The notes: generated from the letters alone by a model not told the origin. A stretch of 64,000 nt of DNA from an uncultured Planctomycetaceae bacterium (GCA_963833985.1 CAWIAD010000002.1:5760001-5824000); one strand, 5' to 3'. Shown: positions 50,423 to 61,896, counted from the stretch's first letter. Numbers and translations are program-made.

Positions 50423-53311
50423 TTAATCCACAAATACCAATTCATTGGTCATGAGCAAGATCTGGGCAAGCTGCTGTAGGGGATCGAGCTGGGAACGCTC
50501 GTGGAGATCCTTCAGGCGTTTTGAGTCAGATGCCAGGAAGCGTAAGGCGGCTTCGAGCTCGGCCGGGTCGGGCGAGCGGGCGAGGACCCGGCGATAGAGT
50601 GCGCGGACCTGGGCCGCGGGCGATCCCGCGCGGGCGATCTCGGAGCGGGCCGCGAGCGCCCTGGCGTGCTCGATCACCAGGGGCGCGTTCATGCTGAAGA
50701 GCGCCTGCTGCGGGACGGTCGTGCGCGGCCTGCGCTCGGACGAAAGGTCGGGGCTGGCGAAGTCGAAGGCGCGGAAGACGGCGGGCAGGCTTTGCCGGTC
50801 CACGAGCCCATAGACAGTCCTGCGGCCGACCTTCGTGTCGTTCACCACGTCGACGGGCCGGCCGCCCATCTTCGGGTCGAGCTGCCCCGAGACGGCCAGA
50901 AGCGTGTCGCGCATGGCCTCCAGGTCGAGACGGCGGCGAGGGAACCGCCAGAGCAGATGGTTTTCGGGGTCGACCCTGCGGCAGGCGGGCCGGTCCAGGC
51001 TCGCCTGCTGATATGTGCTGGAGAGAACCATCAGCCGGTGCAGGCTCTTGAGGGACCACCCCGACTGCATGAACCGGGCCGCCAGGTCGTCGAGCAGCTC
51101 GGGGTGTGTGGGAGGGTTGCTGCGTGTGCCGAAGTCGCTGGGAGTCGAGACCAGCGGCTCGCCGAAGTGGTGCATCCAGACGCGGTTCACGAGCACGCGG
51201 CTGGTGAGCGGGTTGTCGGCCGCGGTGATGGCGTGGGCCAGGTCGAGCCGGCCGCTGCCGTGTGCAAAGGGTTCGGGGCGGTCGCCGGCCAGCACCTGGA
51301 GGAAGCGCCGGGGAACGCGGTCGCCCGGCTGCGCGGGGTTGCCACGTACGAAGACGCGCGGGTCGTAGGCGTCGGCCGAGTCCCGCAGAACCATGGCACG
51401 CGGGGCGGCCGTGTCGGCAGCCTGGACGACCATCCGGTCCAGTTCCACCTGCTTGCCGCCAAACGCGTCTTTCTCCCCGCGCGACATGTGGTAGTACGTC
51501 TGGCTCACCGGGAAATAGGCCGGACTGTCGTGGCTGGCGACGATCTCGAGGATCTGACGGAACGCGTTGCCTGCTTCGGTGTTGCCTGCCGTCTGTGCCG
51601 GCAGCTTCGTTTTCTTCGAGCCCTCGTAGACGTCACGGAGCAAGACTCCGTAGAGACGCGGGACGTCGGCCCTGGTTTTGAGCGAGGCCCGGCCGAGGGC
51701 TGCCCTCACCAGCGGGTTACACTGCCCGCGCTCGGTGCCGGCGGGACGCGTGGACCAGTGGGCCAGCACCGCGCTGGCCTCGGCCGCGAAATCCGCGTCG
51801 GCCAGCGCCATGAGGTCGTGCCAGGGCCCGAAAACGGGGTCGTCGGGCGTGGCCCGCTGCTTGAGGAAGCGCCTCCAGCGGGCCACCATCTGCGGCCGCA
51901 GGTCCTCCGGCGCCAGCGAGAAGAAGAAGATGGCCGTCTCGAGCGGGTCGGGCTCGGTCAGTCCCGCCCGCGCCAGGTAATCCCCCGTGCGCTGGCGGGC
52001 CATCTCGAGCAAGAGCTTGTACTGGCTGTCCAGGAACTGGCGGATCTCGGCCCGCTTCGCCGAGGCCTTCTTCTCGAACTCGACGCAGCCGGGCCGGGTG
52101 TCCGGGCGTTCGACCAGGGGCAGCTCCAGCGGTGCCTCGCTGCTGGCGAAGACGCCGTAGAGCGCGTAGTAGTCGGCCGTGGAAATGGCGTCGTACTTGT
52201 GGTCGTGGCAGCGGGCGCAGGCCACGGTCAGACCCAGCAGGCCGCGGCAGACGGTGTCGATCCGGTCGTCGAGCTGGTCGTGCACGTTGTTGTCGAACAT
52301 CCGGCCCAGGGTGAGGAAACCCATCGCCGCCAGCCGCCAGGGTTCGTGCTTCGGAGCGGCCACGTCGGCGGCGAGCTGGTCGGTGACGAACTGGTCGAAC
52401 GGCAGGTCCTGGTTGAATGCCCGGATGACGTAGTCGCGATAGGTATAGGCATAGGGCCGGACGCGATCGTTGCCAAACATGAGGACGCCGTCCTTGGTGT
52501 CGGCATAGCGCGCGACGTCGAGCCAGTGCCGCGCCCAGCGCTCACCGTAGCGCGGAGAGGCCAGCAGGCGATCGACGACGCGGGCGAAGGCGTCGTCCGC
52601 GTTGTCGTTCTCGAACGCCTCGATCTCCTCGACCGTAGGAGGCAGGCCGATCAGGTCGTAGCAGGTGCGCCTCAGAAGCGTGCGCCGGTCGGCCGGCGGC
52701 GAGGGTGAAAGCCCGGCGGCCTCGAGCCGCGCCAGCACAAACGCGTCGATGGGCGTACGCGGCCACGAACGGTCCTTGACCGGCGGAGCAGCCTGCCGCC
52801 GGATCGGCTGATAGGCCCAGTGCTTGCGGCCCACGGCGAAATCGATGCCGCGCTTCTTCGCAACGACGGATTGTCGGGCCGCATTGGCGCGATCGGGAGG
52901 AGCGGCCGCCCCATTCTTCACCCATTGCTCCAGGTCGGCAATCGCGGCCGCAGGAAGCTTGGCCCTGGGGGGCATGCGCGTGGTCTCGTCATCGTAGCGA
53001 ATGGCCTGGACCAGCAGGGAGTCGTCCGGTTTGCCGGGGACGAGCACCGCACCACTGCTGCCGCCCTTGCGAAGACCTTCCGCCGAGTCCAGCAACAGCC
53101 CGCCCTTTGGCTTCCGGACCTGTGCCGAATGGCAGCCATAACAGTGCTCGACCAGCACGGGACGAACCCTGGACTCGAAGAACTCCAGGCCGGCAGGCTC
53201 CGGCTCGGCGGCCAGCACGCGGGCCCTTCCAGGGGTGGCCGGCACGCTCAGGACCAGCGCCGTCCCGATCACAACTGTGGCGACACGTTCCCTGAAAGTG
53301 TATGCAATCAT
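50423..53311 (-). CDS. PSD1 and planctomycete cytochrome c domain protein (DUF1549/DUF1553)
   Basis: FFESRVRPVLVEHCYGCH; YGERWARHWLDVARYAD; CARCHDHKYD; NPLTSRV.VNRVW; PTHPELLD; PQQALF.MN. Confidence 0.95.
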   Translation of the reverse strand: MIAYTFRERVATVVIGTALVLSVPATPGRARVLAAEPEPAGLEFFESRVRPVLVEHCYGCHSAQVRKPKGGLLLDSAEGLRKGGSSGAVLVPGKPDDSLLVQAIRYDDETTRMPPRAKLPAAAIADLEQWVKNGAAAPPDRANAARQSVVAKKRGIDFAVGRKHWAYQPIRRQAAPPVKDRSWPRTPIDAFVLARLEAAGLSPSPPADRRTLLRRTCYDLIGLPPTVEEIEAFENDNADDAFARVVDRLLASPRYGERWARHWLDVARYADTKDGVLMFGNDRVRPYAYTYRDYVIRAFNQDLPFDQFVTDQLAADVAAPKHEPWRLAAMGFLTLGRMFDNNVHDQLDDRIDTVCRGLLGLTVACARCHDHKYDAISTADYYALYGVFASSEAPLELPLVERPDTRPGCVEFEKKASAKRAEIRQFLDSQYKLLLEMARQRTGDYLARAGLTEPDPLETAIFFFSLAPEDLRPQMVARWRRFLKQRATPDDPVFGPWHDLMALADADFAAEASAVLAHWSTRPAGTERGQCNPLVRAALGRASLKTRADVPRLYGVLLRDVYEGSKKTKLPAQTAGNTEAGNAFRQILEIVASHDSPAYFPVSQTYYHMSRGEKDAFGGKQVELDRMVVQAADTAAPRAMVLRDSADAYDPRVFVRGNPAQPGDRVPRRFLQVLAGDRPEPFAHGSGRLDLAHAITAADNPLTSRVLVNRVWMHHFGEPLVSTPSDFGTRSNPPTHPELLDDLAARFMQSGWSLKSLHRLMVLSSTYQQASLDRPACRRVDPENHLLWRFPRRRLDLEAMRDTLLAVSGQLDPKMGGRPVDVVNDTKVGRRTVYGLVDRQSLPAVFRAFDFASPDLSSERRPRTTVPQQALFSMNAPLVIEHARALAARSEIARAGSPAAQVRALYRRVLARSPDPAELEAALRFLASDSKRLKDLHERSQLDPLQQLAQILLMTNELVFVD

Positions 53312-53538
53312 GCCTTGCCCCCGTTGGTCGCCGGTCAAACATTCATTGGATATTCCGTCCCGGTGGGCGGTCTGCTGTCAAGCACCTGGGAAGAGAAAAC
53401 GTTTCACCGGAGCTGGCCAGCCGGCCCGCTCAATGACTGGCCGAACGGGGTTCCGGCTCTTGCCGTTGCCTTGCGCGGGGGGCAAGATGGGGTTCTTCGA
53501 TTGCCGGACTCCTCACCCTCGAGCGCGGAACTTCCCCC

Positions 53539-53943
53539 ATGAAAAACGCACTGATCGGTGTCCTTGCTGTCACGCTTGGCCTGGTGCTCGGCCTGGAGGC
53601 GAGAGCGCGCATCGCACGACCCGCCGATCCGAAGCTGGCGCACATGGTCTTCTTCTGGCTGAAGGATCATTCCCAGGAATCGAAGGAGAAGTTTATTGCC
53701 TCGTGTGAGAAGCTTCTGAGCGGCCATGAGGGCGCAGTGTACTTCTCGGTGGGAACCCGGGCCGCGGACGTCGATGAACCCGTCAGTGTGAAGGATTTCG
53801 ACATCGCCCTGCACGTCGTCTTCGCCAGCAAGGAGGGAAAGCTCAAGTATCTCAAGAGCCCCCGCCATGACCAGTTCGTCGCCGACAACAAGGAACTGTT
53901 CGAGAAGGTTCAGGTCTTCGATTCGTATCTCGTCCAGGAGTGA
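53539..53943 (+). CDS. Secreted Dabb (stress-responsive A/B barrel) family protein
   Basis: Signal peptide; HMVFFWLK, FDIALHVVF, Y...PRH..F, VFDS. Confidence 0.88.
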   Translation: MKNALIGVLAVTLGLVLGLEARARIARPADPKLAHMVFFWLKDHSQESKEKFIASCEKLLSGHEGAVYFSVGTRAADVDEPVSVKDFDIALHVVFASKEGKLKYLKSPRHDQFVADNKELFEKVQVFDSYLVQE

Positions 53944-54020
53944 CCCGGGCGCAGAACTTGCGGAATCTGACGTTGCCTGAACCAAGGCCCCCGCGTTCCT
54001 ACTCTTGCAAGGGCAGCGTC

Positions 54021-54689
54021 ATGATGCCGATTGGCGGAGTTCTGCTGGATGTCGATGGTACGCTCGTTGATAGCAACGACGCCCATGCGCGTGCCTGGGT
54101 GAAGGCATTTGCCGCGAACGGGATCGATGTCGGCTTCGAGAGGGTCCGCCGGCTCATCGGCAAGGGAGGCGACAAGGTCCTCAAGGAGATTGCCGGCTGG
54201 GACGAGGATCGGCCCGAGGCGAAACAGGTCAGCGACCGTCGCCGGGAGATCTTCCTGCGGGAGTTCCTGCCGTCGCTTCATGCCTTTCCGAGGACCCGGG
54301 AGCTGCTCGAGCGGATGCGGTCCGATGGGCTGAGGCTCGTCGTCGCCAGCTCGGCGAAGGCCGATGAGCTGGAGCGGCTGCTTGACCTGTGTGGCGCCCG
54401 GGACCTGATCGAGGAGAAAACGTCCTCCGACGACGCAGAACGCTCCAAGCCCGACCCGGACATCGTCGCCGCGGCACTCGGGCAGATTCGCCTTCCGGCC
54501 AGCGGGGTTGTGATGCTGGGCGATACCCCGTACGACATCGAGTCGGCCGCGCGCGCGGGTGTCGGCGTGATCGCCCTGCGCTGTGGCGGCTGGGACGATA
54601 CGGATCTCAAGGGTGCTCTGGCCATCTTCCAGGACCCTGCGGACCTGCTCGACCATTACGACACGTCGCCGCTCGGAAAGGGGCGATAA
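54021..54689 (+). CDS. HAD family hydrolase
   Basis: DVDGTLVDSN, ASS, KPDPD, GDTPYD motifs I-IV. Confidence 0.93.
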   Translation: MMPIGGVLLDVDGTLVDSNDAHARAWVKAFAANGIDVGFERVRRLIGKGGDKVLKEIAGWDEDRPEAKQVSDRRREIFLREFLPSLHAFPRTRELLERMRSDGLRLVVASSAKADELERLLDLCGARDLIEEKTSSDDAERSKPDPDIVAAALGQIRLPASGVVMLGDTPYDIESAARAGVGVIALRCGGWDDTDLKGALAIFQDPADLLDHYDTSPLGKGR

Positions 54690-54723
54690 GCACAGGGGCC
54701 CGGTTGGTCCTCCGGTCCGAGGC

Positions 54724-57690
54724 TCACGGACGAGTGATCGGTGCCGCGACGATCGGGTCGGCCGTGAGCTGGGCTGCCGCACGGCGGTCGGCTTCGGCAA
54801 GCTTGTCTTTTCCCTGCTTTTCGTAGACTCGTGCGCGCAGCAGCCGAGCCTCGGCGGACGTCGCTGAGAAGCGTACGGCCTCCTCGGCGTCGGCAAGGGC
54901 ATGCTCGAGGTCCGCCTTCGTCAGAAACGCCTCGCCCCGGGCGAGCAGGAATACCAGGCGGCGTGGGACGAAATCCTCGACGGCGAAGATGTCTGGCCGG
55001 CTGGAATCGACAAACTCCATGAATCTTTTGAGGTCGGCCAGCGCCCGCTCCGTGTCTCCCCGCCGCGCGGAGATGCTGCCGCGGTAGAGGAACGCGCAGG
55101 GCGGCCAGATCGCATGCTCGGCGAGCGTGAGGTTCTTGATCGCCTGGTCGTGGTCGCCGCGCAAGCGATCCAGATAGTAGCCTCTGGATGCCAGCACCCA
55201 GCGCACCGTGTCCGGGTTCTTCCTCGCGACTTCGTCGAAGGCTTTCTCAGCCTCGGCGAAGCGGCTGGCAAGAGCCAGAACAGAAGCCTTCGCGGTCAGC
55301 CAGCTTGCCTTCAACTCCGGTTGCCGCGATGCCGCTTCGGTGAAGTCGGCCAGTGCCCGGTCCCAGTGGCCCAGGCGTGCCAGAGCGAACCCTCGGTAGC
55401 CATGGACCCAGATGATGCTGGGTTGGATGCGCAAGGCTCTTTCGCAGTCGGCGAGTGCTCGAGCGGTCTCGCCCTGCACCAGGTACGCGTGGGCCCGGCC
55501 CGCAAGCGCCCAGCCATACTTGTTTTCGATCAGCTTCGGGTTTCTCGCGATCGCCTGCGTGTAGTCCTCAATGGCGGCCGCAATCTCGCTGAGGCCAAGC
55601 TCGAAGTGGGCCCGAGTCTCATAGGCGATATGCTTGTCCAGGTCGGAGCTGACGCGGATCGCCTCCGCGAAGTCGGCCTTGGCGCTCTGGTAATCTCTCC
55701 GTGATGCGAAGAAGTGTGCCCTGGTAAACCAGAATCGGTTCATTCCCGGAGCAAGCTCGATGGCCCGATTGATATCTGCCAGGGCGCGGTCGTCCTGGCC
55801 CAGGGAGGCAAGGGCCATGGACCTGGTCATGAGCGGCCAGGGGGAATCGGGATAGCGATTGAGGAACTCGTTCAGATCGGCGATCGCAAGCTTCCATTCG
55901 CCCAGCTGGTTGTATGCGGACCCCCGGTGCGAGTAAGCGCCCCAGCAACTGGGGTCGAGGCGCAGCGCCTCGGTCGCATCCGCGATCGAGCGGCGATTGT
56001 CACCGCTGCAATGCTCGACATAGGCCCTCAGCTCGAAGGCCCGCGCGTTCTTCGGATCGAGACGGAGGATCTCCGTGGCATCGGCGATCACCCCTGGCAG
56101 GTTCCAGCAACGCTGATCGGCGTACACGCCGGCTCGCGAGAGCCTCGCGCTGATGTTGGTCGGGTCAAGCTGGATCGCCTCCGAGTATCGGTCGATCGCC
56201 TGCGAGATCTCCCCAAGCCGGAAGGCTCGGGTCCCCAGGGCGGCCAGGTCGAGCGCCTTCCTGGCCGCCTCGGGCGCCACGGCCGCGAAAGCGGGTGCCG
56301 GAGATGCGGAGCGCCGCTCAGCTCCAAGGGCAACGGCTGCCGGGGGGACTGGCGAACGGACGGTGGAGATGGCCGTTTTCTCGGCTTCCAGGGGAATCAG
56401 CGCCAGAGCCGTCTTGGCGTTCCGGGCTGGCTGGAACGACTGATATGCCAGCCAGGCCGCGGCCGCGATCAAGATCGCCGCAAGTCCGCCGATCAGCGGG
56501 ATCGCCAGCCTGGCGCGAGGGAAGAGTCGGCGGGGAGACTTCAGCGATTCGGCCTTCATGGGATCGGCTGACACCAGGCGCGCGGGTTGCTGAAGCTGGG
56601 CCAGATGAAGAGCAAGCTGCTCGGCGACATCCGAAGCGCGCTGAAAGCGCGCCTCCGGGTCCTTGGCCATGAGCCTGGCAACGGTCGCCGCCAGCCACTC
56701 GGGAATCTCCGGGTTCAGCTCGCGGATCGAGCGCGGTGGCTCATCGCTGACCTTGCGCAGCACCGCCACGGTGGACTCGGCGCGGAAAGGCGGCTGCCCG
56801 GTACACATTGCAAAGAGCACGCTGCCCAGACTGTAGAGGTCCGAACGATGGTCCGAGGCCTCCCCTCTTGCCTGCTCGGGCGACATGTAGTGCGGCGTTC
56901 CCAGCACGACGCCACTGTCCGTGATGCTGGCGTCGTCCAGGGCGCGAGCCAGGCCGAAATCGGTGATCTTGACCCGCTCGACGCTATTCTCCAGCAGCAG
57001 GTTGGAAGGTTTGATGTCGCGATGGATCAGCCCCTGTTCATGCGCGGCAGCCAGGCCCGCCGCGACCTGCATGCCGATGCGGAGGATCTCCTTGAGTTCC
57101 AGCGCGCCCTTGCGCTGGATCTTGTCCTGGAGTGATTGACCCGCGACAAATTGCATCACCAGGTAGGGATGTCCCGCAGCCTCGTCGACCGCGTGAATCG
57201 TCACGACGTTCTCATGGCAGACCGCGGCAGCCGCCCGCGCTTCGCGCTCGAACCGCATCCGGGCCGGCTTGCTGGCAGCGAGCGCCGGGGCCAGCATCTT
57301 CACGGCAACGATGCGGCTCAGGCGTTCGTCGAGTGCCCGGAAGACGACTCCCATGCCCCCCTGGCCGATGTGCTGGAGGATCTCATAGGGCCCCAGCCGG
57401 CCCAGCGACCCAGGCCGATCCGAAGGTGCCAGGAACTCCAGCATGGTGCGGACCGCGTGAGGCACGGTCTTCTCATTCGCCGTGGCCAGCGGATCCGCAA
57501 GCAGAGGATCTTCTTGCGTCGCTGTGATCGCACCGGGGGCGCTGGTCGTATCGCTGGATGGCACCGGGCTCTCAAGCCGTCGCGGCGCCTCGCCTCCGGC
57601 CGGGTCCAGGCTTGTCCCCACCTGCCTGTCACAGTCTGGGTAGCCCCCGGCAGACGACACGGTGGAACGCGGGTTCATCGGGATGCTCAT
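54724..57690 (-). CDS. Ser/Thr protein kinase with TM helix and extensive TPR repeats
   Basis: GQGGMG, VAVK, HRDIKPSN, DFG, GTPHYMSPEQ; TM helix; many A+.D...AI.L.P repeats; start ATG 57690 inferred. Confidence 0.94.
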   Translation of the reverse strand: MSIPMNPRSTVSSAGGYPDCDRQVGTSLDPAGGEAPRRLESPVPSSDTTSAPGAITATQEDPLLADPLATANEKTVPHAVRTMLEFLAPSDRPGSLGRLGPYEILQHIGQGGMGVVFRALDERLSRIVAVKMLAPALAASKPARMRFEREARAAAAVCHENVVTIHAVDEAAGHPYLVMQFVAGQSLQDKIQRKGALELKEILRIGMQVAAGLAAAHEQGLIHRDIKPSNLLLENSVERVKITDFGLARALDDASITDSGVVLGTPHYMSPEQARGEASDHRSDLYSLGSVLFAMCTGQPPFRAESTVAVLRKVSDEPPRSIRELNPEIPEWLAATVARLMAKDPEARFQRASDVAEQLALHLAQLQQPARLVSADPMKAESLKSPRRLFPRARLAIPLIGGLAAILIAAAAWLAYQSFQPARNAKTALALIPLEAEKTAISTVRSPVPPAAVALGAERRSASPAPAFAAVAPEAARKALDLAALGTRAFRLGEISQAIDRYSEAIQLDPTNISARLSRAGVYADQRCWNLPGVIADATEILRLDPKNARAFELRAYVEHCSGDNRRSIADATEALRLDPSCWGAYSHRGSAYNQLGEWKLAIADLNEFLNRYPDSPWPLMTRSMALASLGQDDRALADINRAIELAPGMNRFWFTRAHFFASRRDYQSAKADFAEAIRVSSDLDKHIAYETRAHFELGLSEIAAAIEDYTQAIARNPKLIENKYGWALAGRAHAYLVQGETARALADCERALRIQPSIIWVHGYRGFALARLGHWDRALADFTEAASRQPELKASWLTAKASVLALASRFAEAEKAFDEVARKNPDTVRWVLASRGYYLDRLRGDHDQAIKNLTLAEHAIWPPCAFLYRGSISARRGDTERALADLKRFMEFVDSSRPDIFAVEDFVPRRLVFLLARGEAFLTKADLEHALADAEEAVRFSATSAEARLLRARVYEKQGKDKLAEADRRAAAQLTADPIVAAPITRP

Positions 57691-57963
57691 TCGCCGCTCT
57701 CGCTGATTGACAGGTACGGTTGAGGCGATGCTTGTGAAAATCCATGCCATCGCGCCAGCGAGGAACAATGGGATCGAACAATTGTACCCGTTCAATGCAA
57801 GCTGTTGCACCAGTTCGCCAGGGAAAGCTGGATCAAGAGCGAGATCGACGGAAGCGCGCCGCGATTGCCGATGCGGCGCCCTTCGTGGCCCACACCCGTC
57901 TGGCTGATCCGGATTCACCGGTGCACCACATCAGCGGCCGGCTGGCAACAAGCGGCTGGCAGC

Positions 57964-60900
57964 TCAATCCAGGGCGACGCTGAATCGTTCGGTCGCCAGC
58001 AACCGCACCGGTCCGAGCAGGCCAGAGGCAACAGGGACGTCCGTCTTCTTCCAGAGCCGCCAGGCCGTGAAGGTGGAGCGCCCGGTCGGGCTCGTCTTGC
58101 CTTCGTTCAGCCACCGCGGCCATTCCTTGAGCGTGCCATTGGGGTTCCGCGGGCTGTCTTCGGGTAACTGCTCATCGCCGATCAATCGGTTGATCCAGAG
58201 GTTCACCACCTGGACCTCCAGAGCGTTGGAGCCGGGATGCGCGGCGCTGGTCAGGTCCACCAGGTAGGGCGGCTTCCAGACCGTGCCCAGATCCTTGCCG
58301 TTGAGCCTGATCCGGGCCATCACTTCCACCCGTCCGAGGTCCAGGTAGACCCGTCGTGAGGGACCGAACAGCTCCGGTCGCAGCTCGATCGTCCGGGTAT
58401 ATGCCGCCTCGCCGGAGTAGTACTTGATGCCGGGATCGGCGTTTTGCGACCACGACTGGAGCTCCGGGAATGCAGCCTGATTCGCTACACCCCGGCCCGG
58501 CGTGAAACGCACGCTCCAGGGGCCATCGAGCTCCGTCGGCTCGGGGAGCACGGGCACCTCCAGCCGTTTCGATCCCGAGGGGAGTGCCAGCTCGTACTGC
58601 CCTGGCTTCCAGGCCTCGAGCTCGAGCGGACCGTCGGCGCTGCGGTGCACGTCAATCACGCGCTCCTGAGGAGTCCTGCGCCAGGACAATCGTCTCCGGG
58701 TCTTTGGCCTCGGCCGTGCAGGACAGCCCGTCCACGGCGTACTCGACGACCAGGGTCTTGACCACGCCAAATGCAGGGTCGTCACCGGCCGCCATCCTGG
58801 CCACTTCGAAGCGATCCGCGCCGGCATCGACCATGTGCTGGACCTGCGCCCGCACGTCGCGGGTACGTGCAGGATCGCCAGGAACTCCATAAACCGCCTT
58901 GCCAATGACGAGCTTCGCGGCCGGCTTGACGGCTGTGGTCAGGATGGCCTTGCCATCATGCCGAACGCTGGCGACCTGGAAGTTGTTGCCCACCTGGTTG
59001 CGGAACACGACGAATACCGAGCCGCTCGCCTCCAGGGGAACCAGCACCCGGGTGACGCCCGGCTCTTCGGAGTACACCGCGGCCAGCTCCATCCGTCCCG
59101 ATTCGGGGCACCAGAATTCGGGCGCCTTGCCGGTCACGCGGAACGAGCAAACGGCGGACTGGCGGATGGGATTCGGGTTGGACACGAAGTACAGCTCGCT
59201 GTCGCCCAGGGTGCGGTGCAGGAAACGGAGATCCGACGAACTCTGAAAATCGGGCAGGACCCCAGCCGCGGCCAGCACGCGCTCCGGATGGATCCCCGAG
59301 ACGATGCGTCCCTGGCCCAGGCGGTGTTCCTTGACGGCCTTGCCGTCGCAATCGGCCCAGAGTTCGGCGGCAAGCTGCTGGACAAGGGCGTCACATTCCG
59401 GGTATCCACCCAGGCCGGGCGACCTGTTGGGCCGCGAGCCCACCACCGTCGCGCCCGCTGCAACCAGGGACTTGACCTTCCCCAGCAAGGCAGGCGTCAT
59501 CGTGGCCGTTTCCGGCAACACCAGCAGGCGGTAGCTCATGCCGTCGGGGAGCACGAGACGGCCATCGCGCACGGTCATACGCCCGAGCACGACGCCGGCG
59601 TCGCATTCGTCCCAGTTGTAGCCGTCGCGGGGGTGCTCGTGGAACGACTGCGGCGGCGCCTCGGGTTGCAGGTAGCAGAGATCGGCCACGAAGCGCCCCT
59701 GGCGAAGCAGGTACTGGCACCGCGCCAGGTAATCGTGCCAGGGCCTCGTCCAGTTCCACCAGGTCTCGGTGCGCTCGTAATGAATGCCCCACGGTCCCAT
59801 GGTCATGCCCGGCCGCACATCGGCCCAGGGCTGGAGCGCATAGCGGTGGAACACGAAGCGGTTGATGCCCTCGCAGAAGGCACGGTCTCCCAGTGCCTTG
59901 AGCGTCGCCGGGTGCTGGGTCCAGCGCTCGGCGTCGGTGGCGGTGAATGCCTCGGCCCCGATGATCGGCTTGCCGTAAGTATGAGCCGCCGACGCCATGC
60001 CCCGGCAGCTTTCCATGTAGCTGCCGCCGATCCAGAACTCACCCATCGGCTCGTCGGCTTGCCCGGCATAGGGCAAGTGGTCGCACGGGCTACCGTAGGC
60101 CTCGGCCGTGAACCTGAGCCCGCGCTCGTGGGCAAGCTGGCTCATCCGCCCCGCGTAGTTCGCGATCACCAGCTCCGAGATCGTCTGCCGCAGGTCCCAG
60201 AGGAAGCGCTCGGAGATCTCGGGGCTACCCACCACCCGTCCGCTGAGGACCGGCAGGTAGGGCGTCATGGTGTAGCCGCGTCTGCGCTCGAACTCCTCGC
60301 GCATCCGTGCCGTCCAGTTCTGCGTGCCGTTCTCCCAGCTATCAATGTGCGTGGCGACGAGCGTCTTGCCGGCGGCCGGGCCGACGTCGCTGGCCAGCTT
60401 TGCCATCATGCCGGCGAACTGGGCTTCTATCCCCGCGGCGCTGAGCTTGTCGCATTCCAGGCCCCGGCCGCTCGCCGGCGCAGGCTGGTTCACGACGTTT
60501 GTCGTCGTGTGGCCGAACCGCAGGACGACCCATCGGCCTGCCGGGACGTCCCAGGCCAGGCGGCCATCAGCCGCCATCCGCGCGGTCAGGTCGACAACGC
60601 GGTCCTGCGCAATGGCGCTCGGTGCCGCTGCCTGACCCCCGGCCGGCTTCGGGTGATCGCGGCTCTGAAACGCGCCCTTCGCTTCATACTCCGGCAGGCG
60701 GTAGGACCCCGTGTCGGGAACGGCAAGGACGGTGATATCACGGTAGAAGTTCGCCCTGGCCCGAGGCTGCGGCAATGCGCCCTCGTAATGCTTCGGGCCG
60801 GTGATCTGGGTCTCCGTCCAGACGACCTCCTGCATCGACTGCTCGGGCGTGATCCAGGGACCGCCGCTGCCGTTCCAGCCGGCGTCATCATTCATATTGA

Positions 60901-61222
60901 TTTCCAGGCCAAGCCGCCCGGCCTCGGCAACCGCATGGCGGAACATCTCCCGCCAGCGCTCGCTCATGAACGGAACGTTTCCCACGGGCACGCCCTGGTC
61001 GACTTCCATGATGAGCACGCCGCCGATCCCCACGCGCTGCATCGCTTCCAGGTCAGCCGTGATACCCGCCCTGGTGATGTTGCTATTCAGCCAGAACCAG
61101 TAGACCCAGGGGCGAGCGGATGGAGGCGGTTCCTTGAAATTCCTGGCCAGGTCATCGGATGCCATGGCCGGCAGCACGGAAGAAACGGCCACAACCGAGG
61201 AAAGCACGAACATCTTCAACAT
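57964..61222 (-). CDS. Secreted GH106-like alpha-L-rhamnosidase; frameshift near 58670
   Basis: Signal peptide; F..PPPSARPWVYWFWLN.NIT..GITADLEAM, GWNGSGGPWI, HIDSWE, AEAFT, EGINRFVFH; C-terminal LDLGRV...NGK..G..WKPPY...SGLLGPV in ORF 57964..58905. Confidence 0.9.
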
Positions 61223-61473
61223 GGTGCGGCTCCTCGCAGCCGGAGGTTCAGGGAGGGTGCGTGCGACGGCGCACGGCATGGATTCGCAGGCGGGTGTGAT
61301 CCACCTCATTGGACCGCTGCCCGCGCGCACAATCAACCCCGCACCGGCCGATGGAGCCCACCACGTGCTTGACCATAGGGCCATTTTCGCAGGACGTACG
61401 ACAGCGCTTGAACCTGCCAGAATTGCCACGATGGAGATTTCCACCAATCCATTGGCGGGATTGACGGGCGGGA

Positions 61474-61540
61474 ATGACTGGCGGGTGGATGAAGCAAGCC
61501 CAGCTGTAGCGGTGGCTTCAACAACGGAGCCAGCCACTAC
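61474..61540 (-). repeat. GTAG-footed REP-like hairpin
   Basis: Minus strand GTAGTGGCTGGC...TGAAGC...GCTTCA...GCCAGTCAT. Confidence 0.55.
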
Positions 61541-61578
61541 TTGAAGTAAGGGAAACCTGGATGGCTCCACGAGACGAG

Positions 61579-61872
61579 TCAGCCCCGGAACCCTGCCCAG
61601 TCGCAAAAGATTTCGAGGCTTTCGTCCAAATTCCTCGCTCCGCAACGTATCTTGAAGATGCCGCCTGAAAGTAACGCATGTATCCAATCATGCTCATTAC
61701 GTTCGCGTCTTTCCGATGCGAAGTGACGATGTTCACAAGACGTTCCCTTTATATCGATGTCGATCGCCCAACCCGGATTGTCGAGTGTTTGTATCATTAT
61801 GCCATTACAGTGCTCCCAGTCGCCATTGCTCTCGCTTGCGAACCATTCCTGAAGCCGTTGTATCGGCGTCAT
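61579..61872 (-). CDS. Immunity protein 53 (Imm53) family
   Basis: GAGGAG RBS; LQEWF....NGDWEH..GI.I.TLDNPGW.+.IDI signature; W in NEHDW; CG..NL. Confidence 0.9.
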   Translation of the reverse strand: MTPIQRLQEWFASESNGDWEHCNGIMIQTLDNPGWAIDIDIKGTSCEHRHFASERRERNEHDWIHALLSGGIFKIRCGARNLDESLEIFCDWAGFRG

Positions 61873-61896
61873 TGCGGTGTCTCCTCAGGGTGGTCA

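Noticed and set aside
61223..61687. N-terminal extensions in the ORF track (also 5679, 10938, 11546, 22093, 26734, 34279, 37160, 57918, 63958)
   Set aside because: RBS positions, signal peptides and overlaps with neighbouring genes favour the downstream starts used here.
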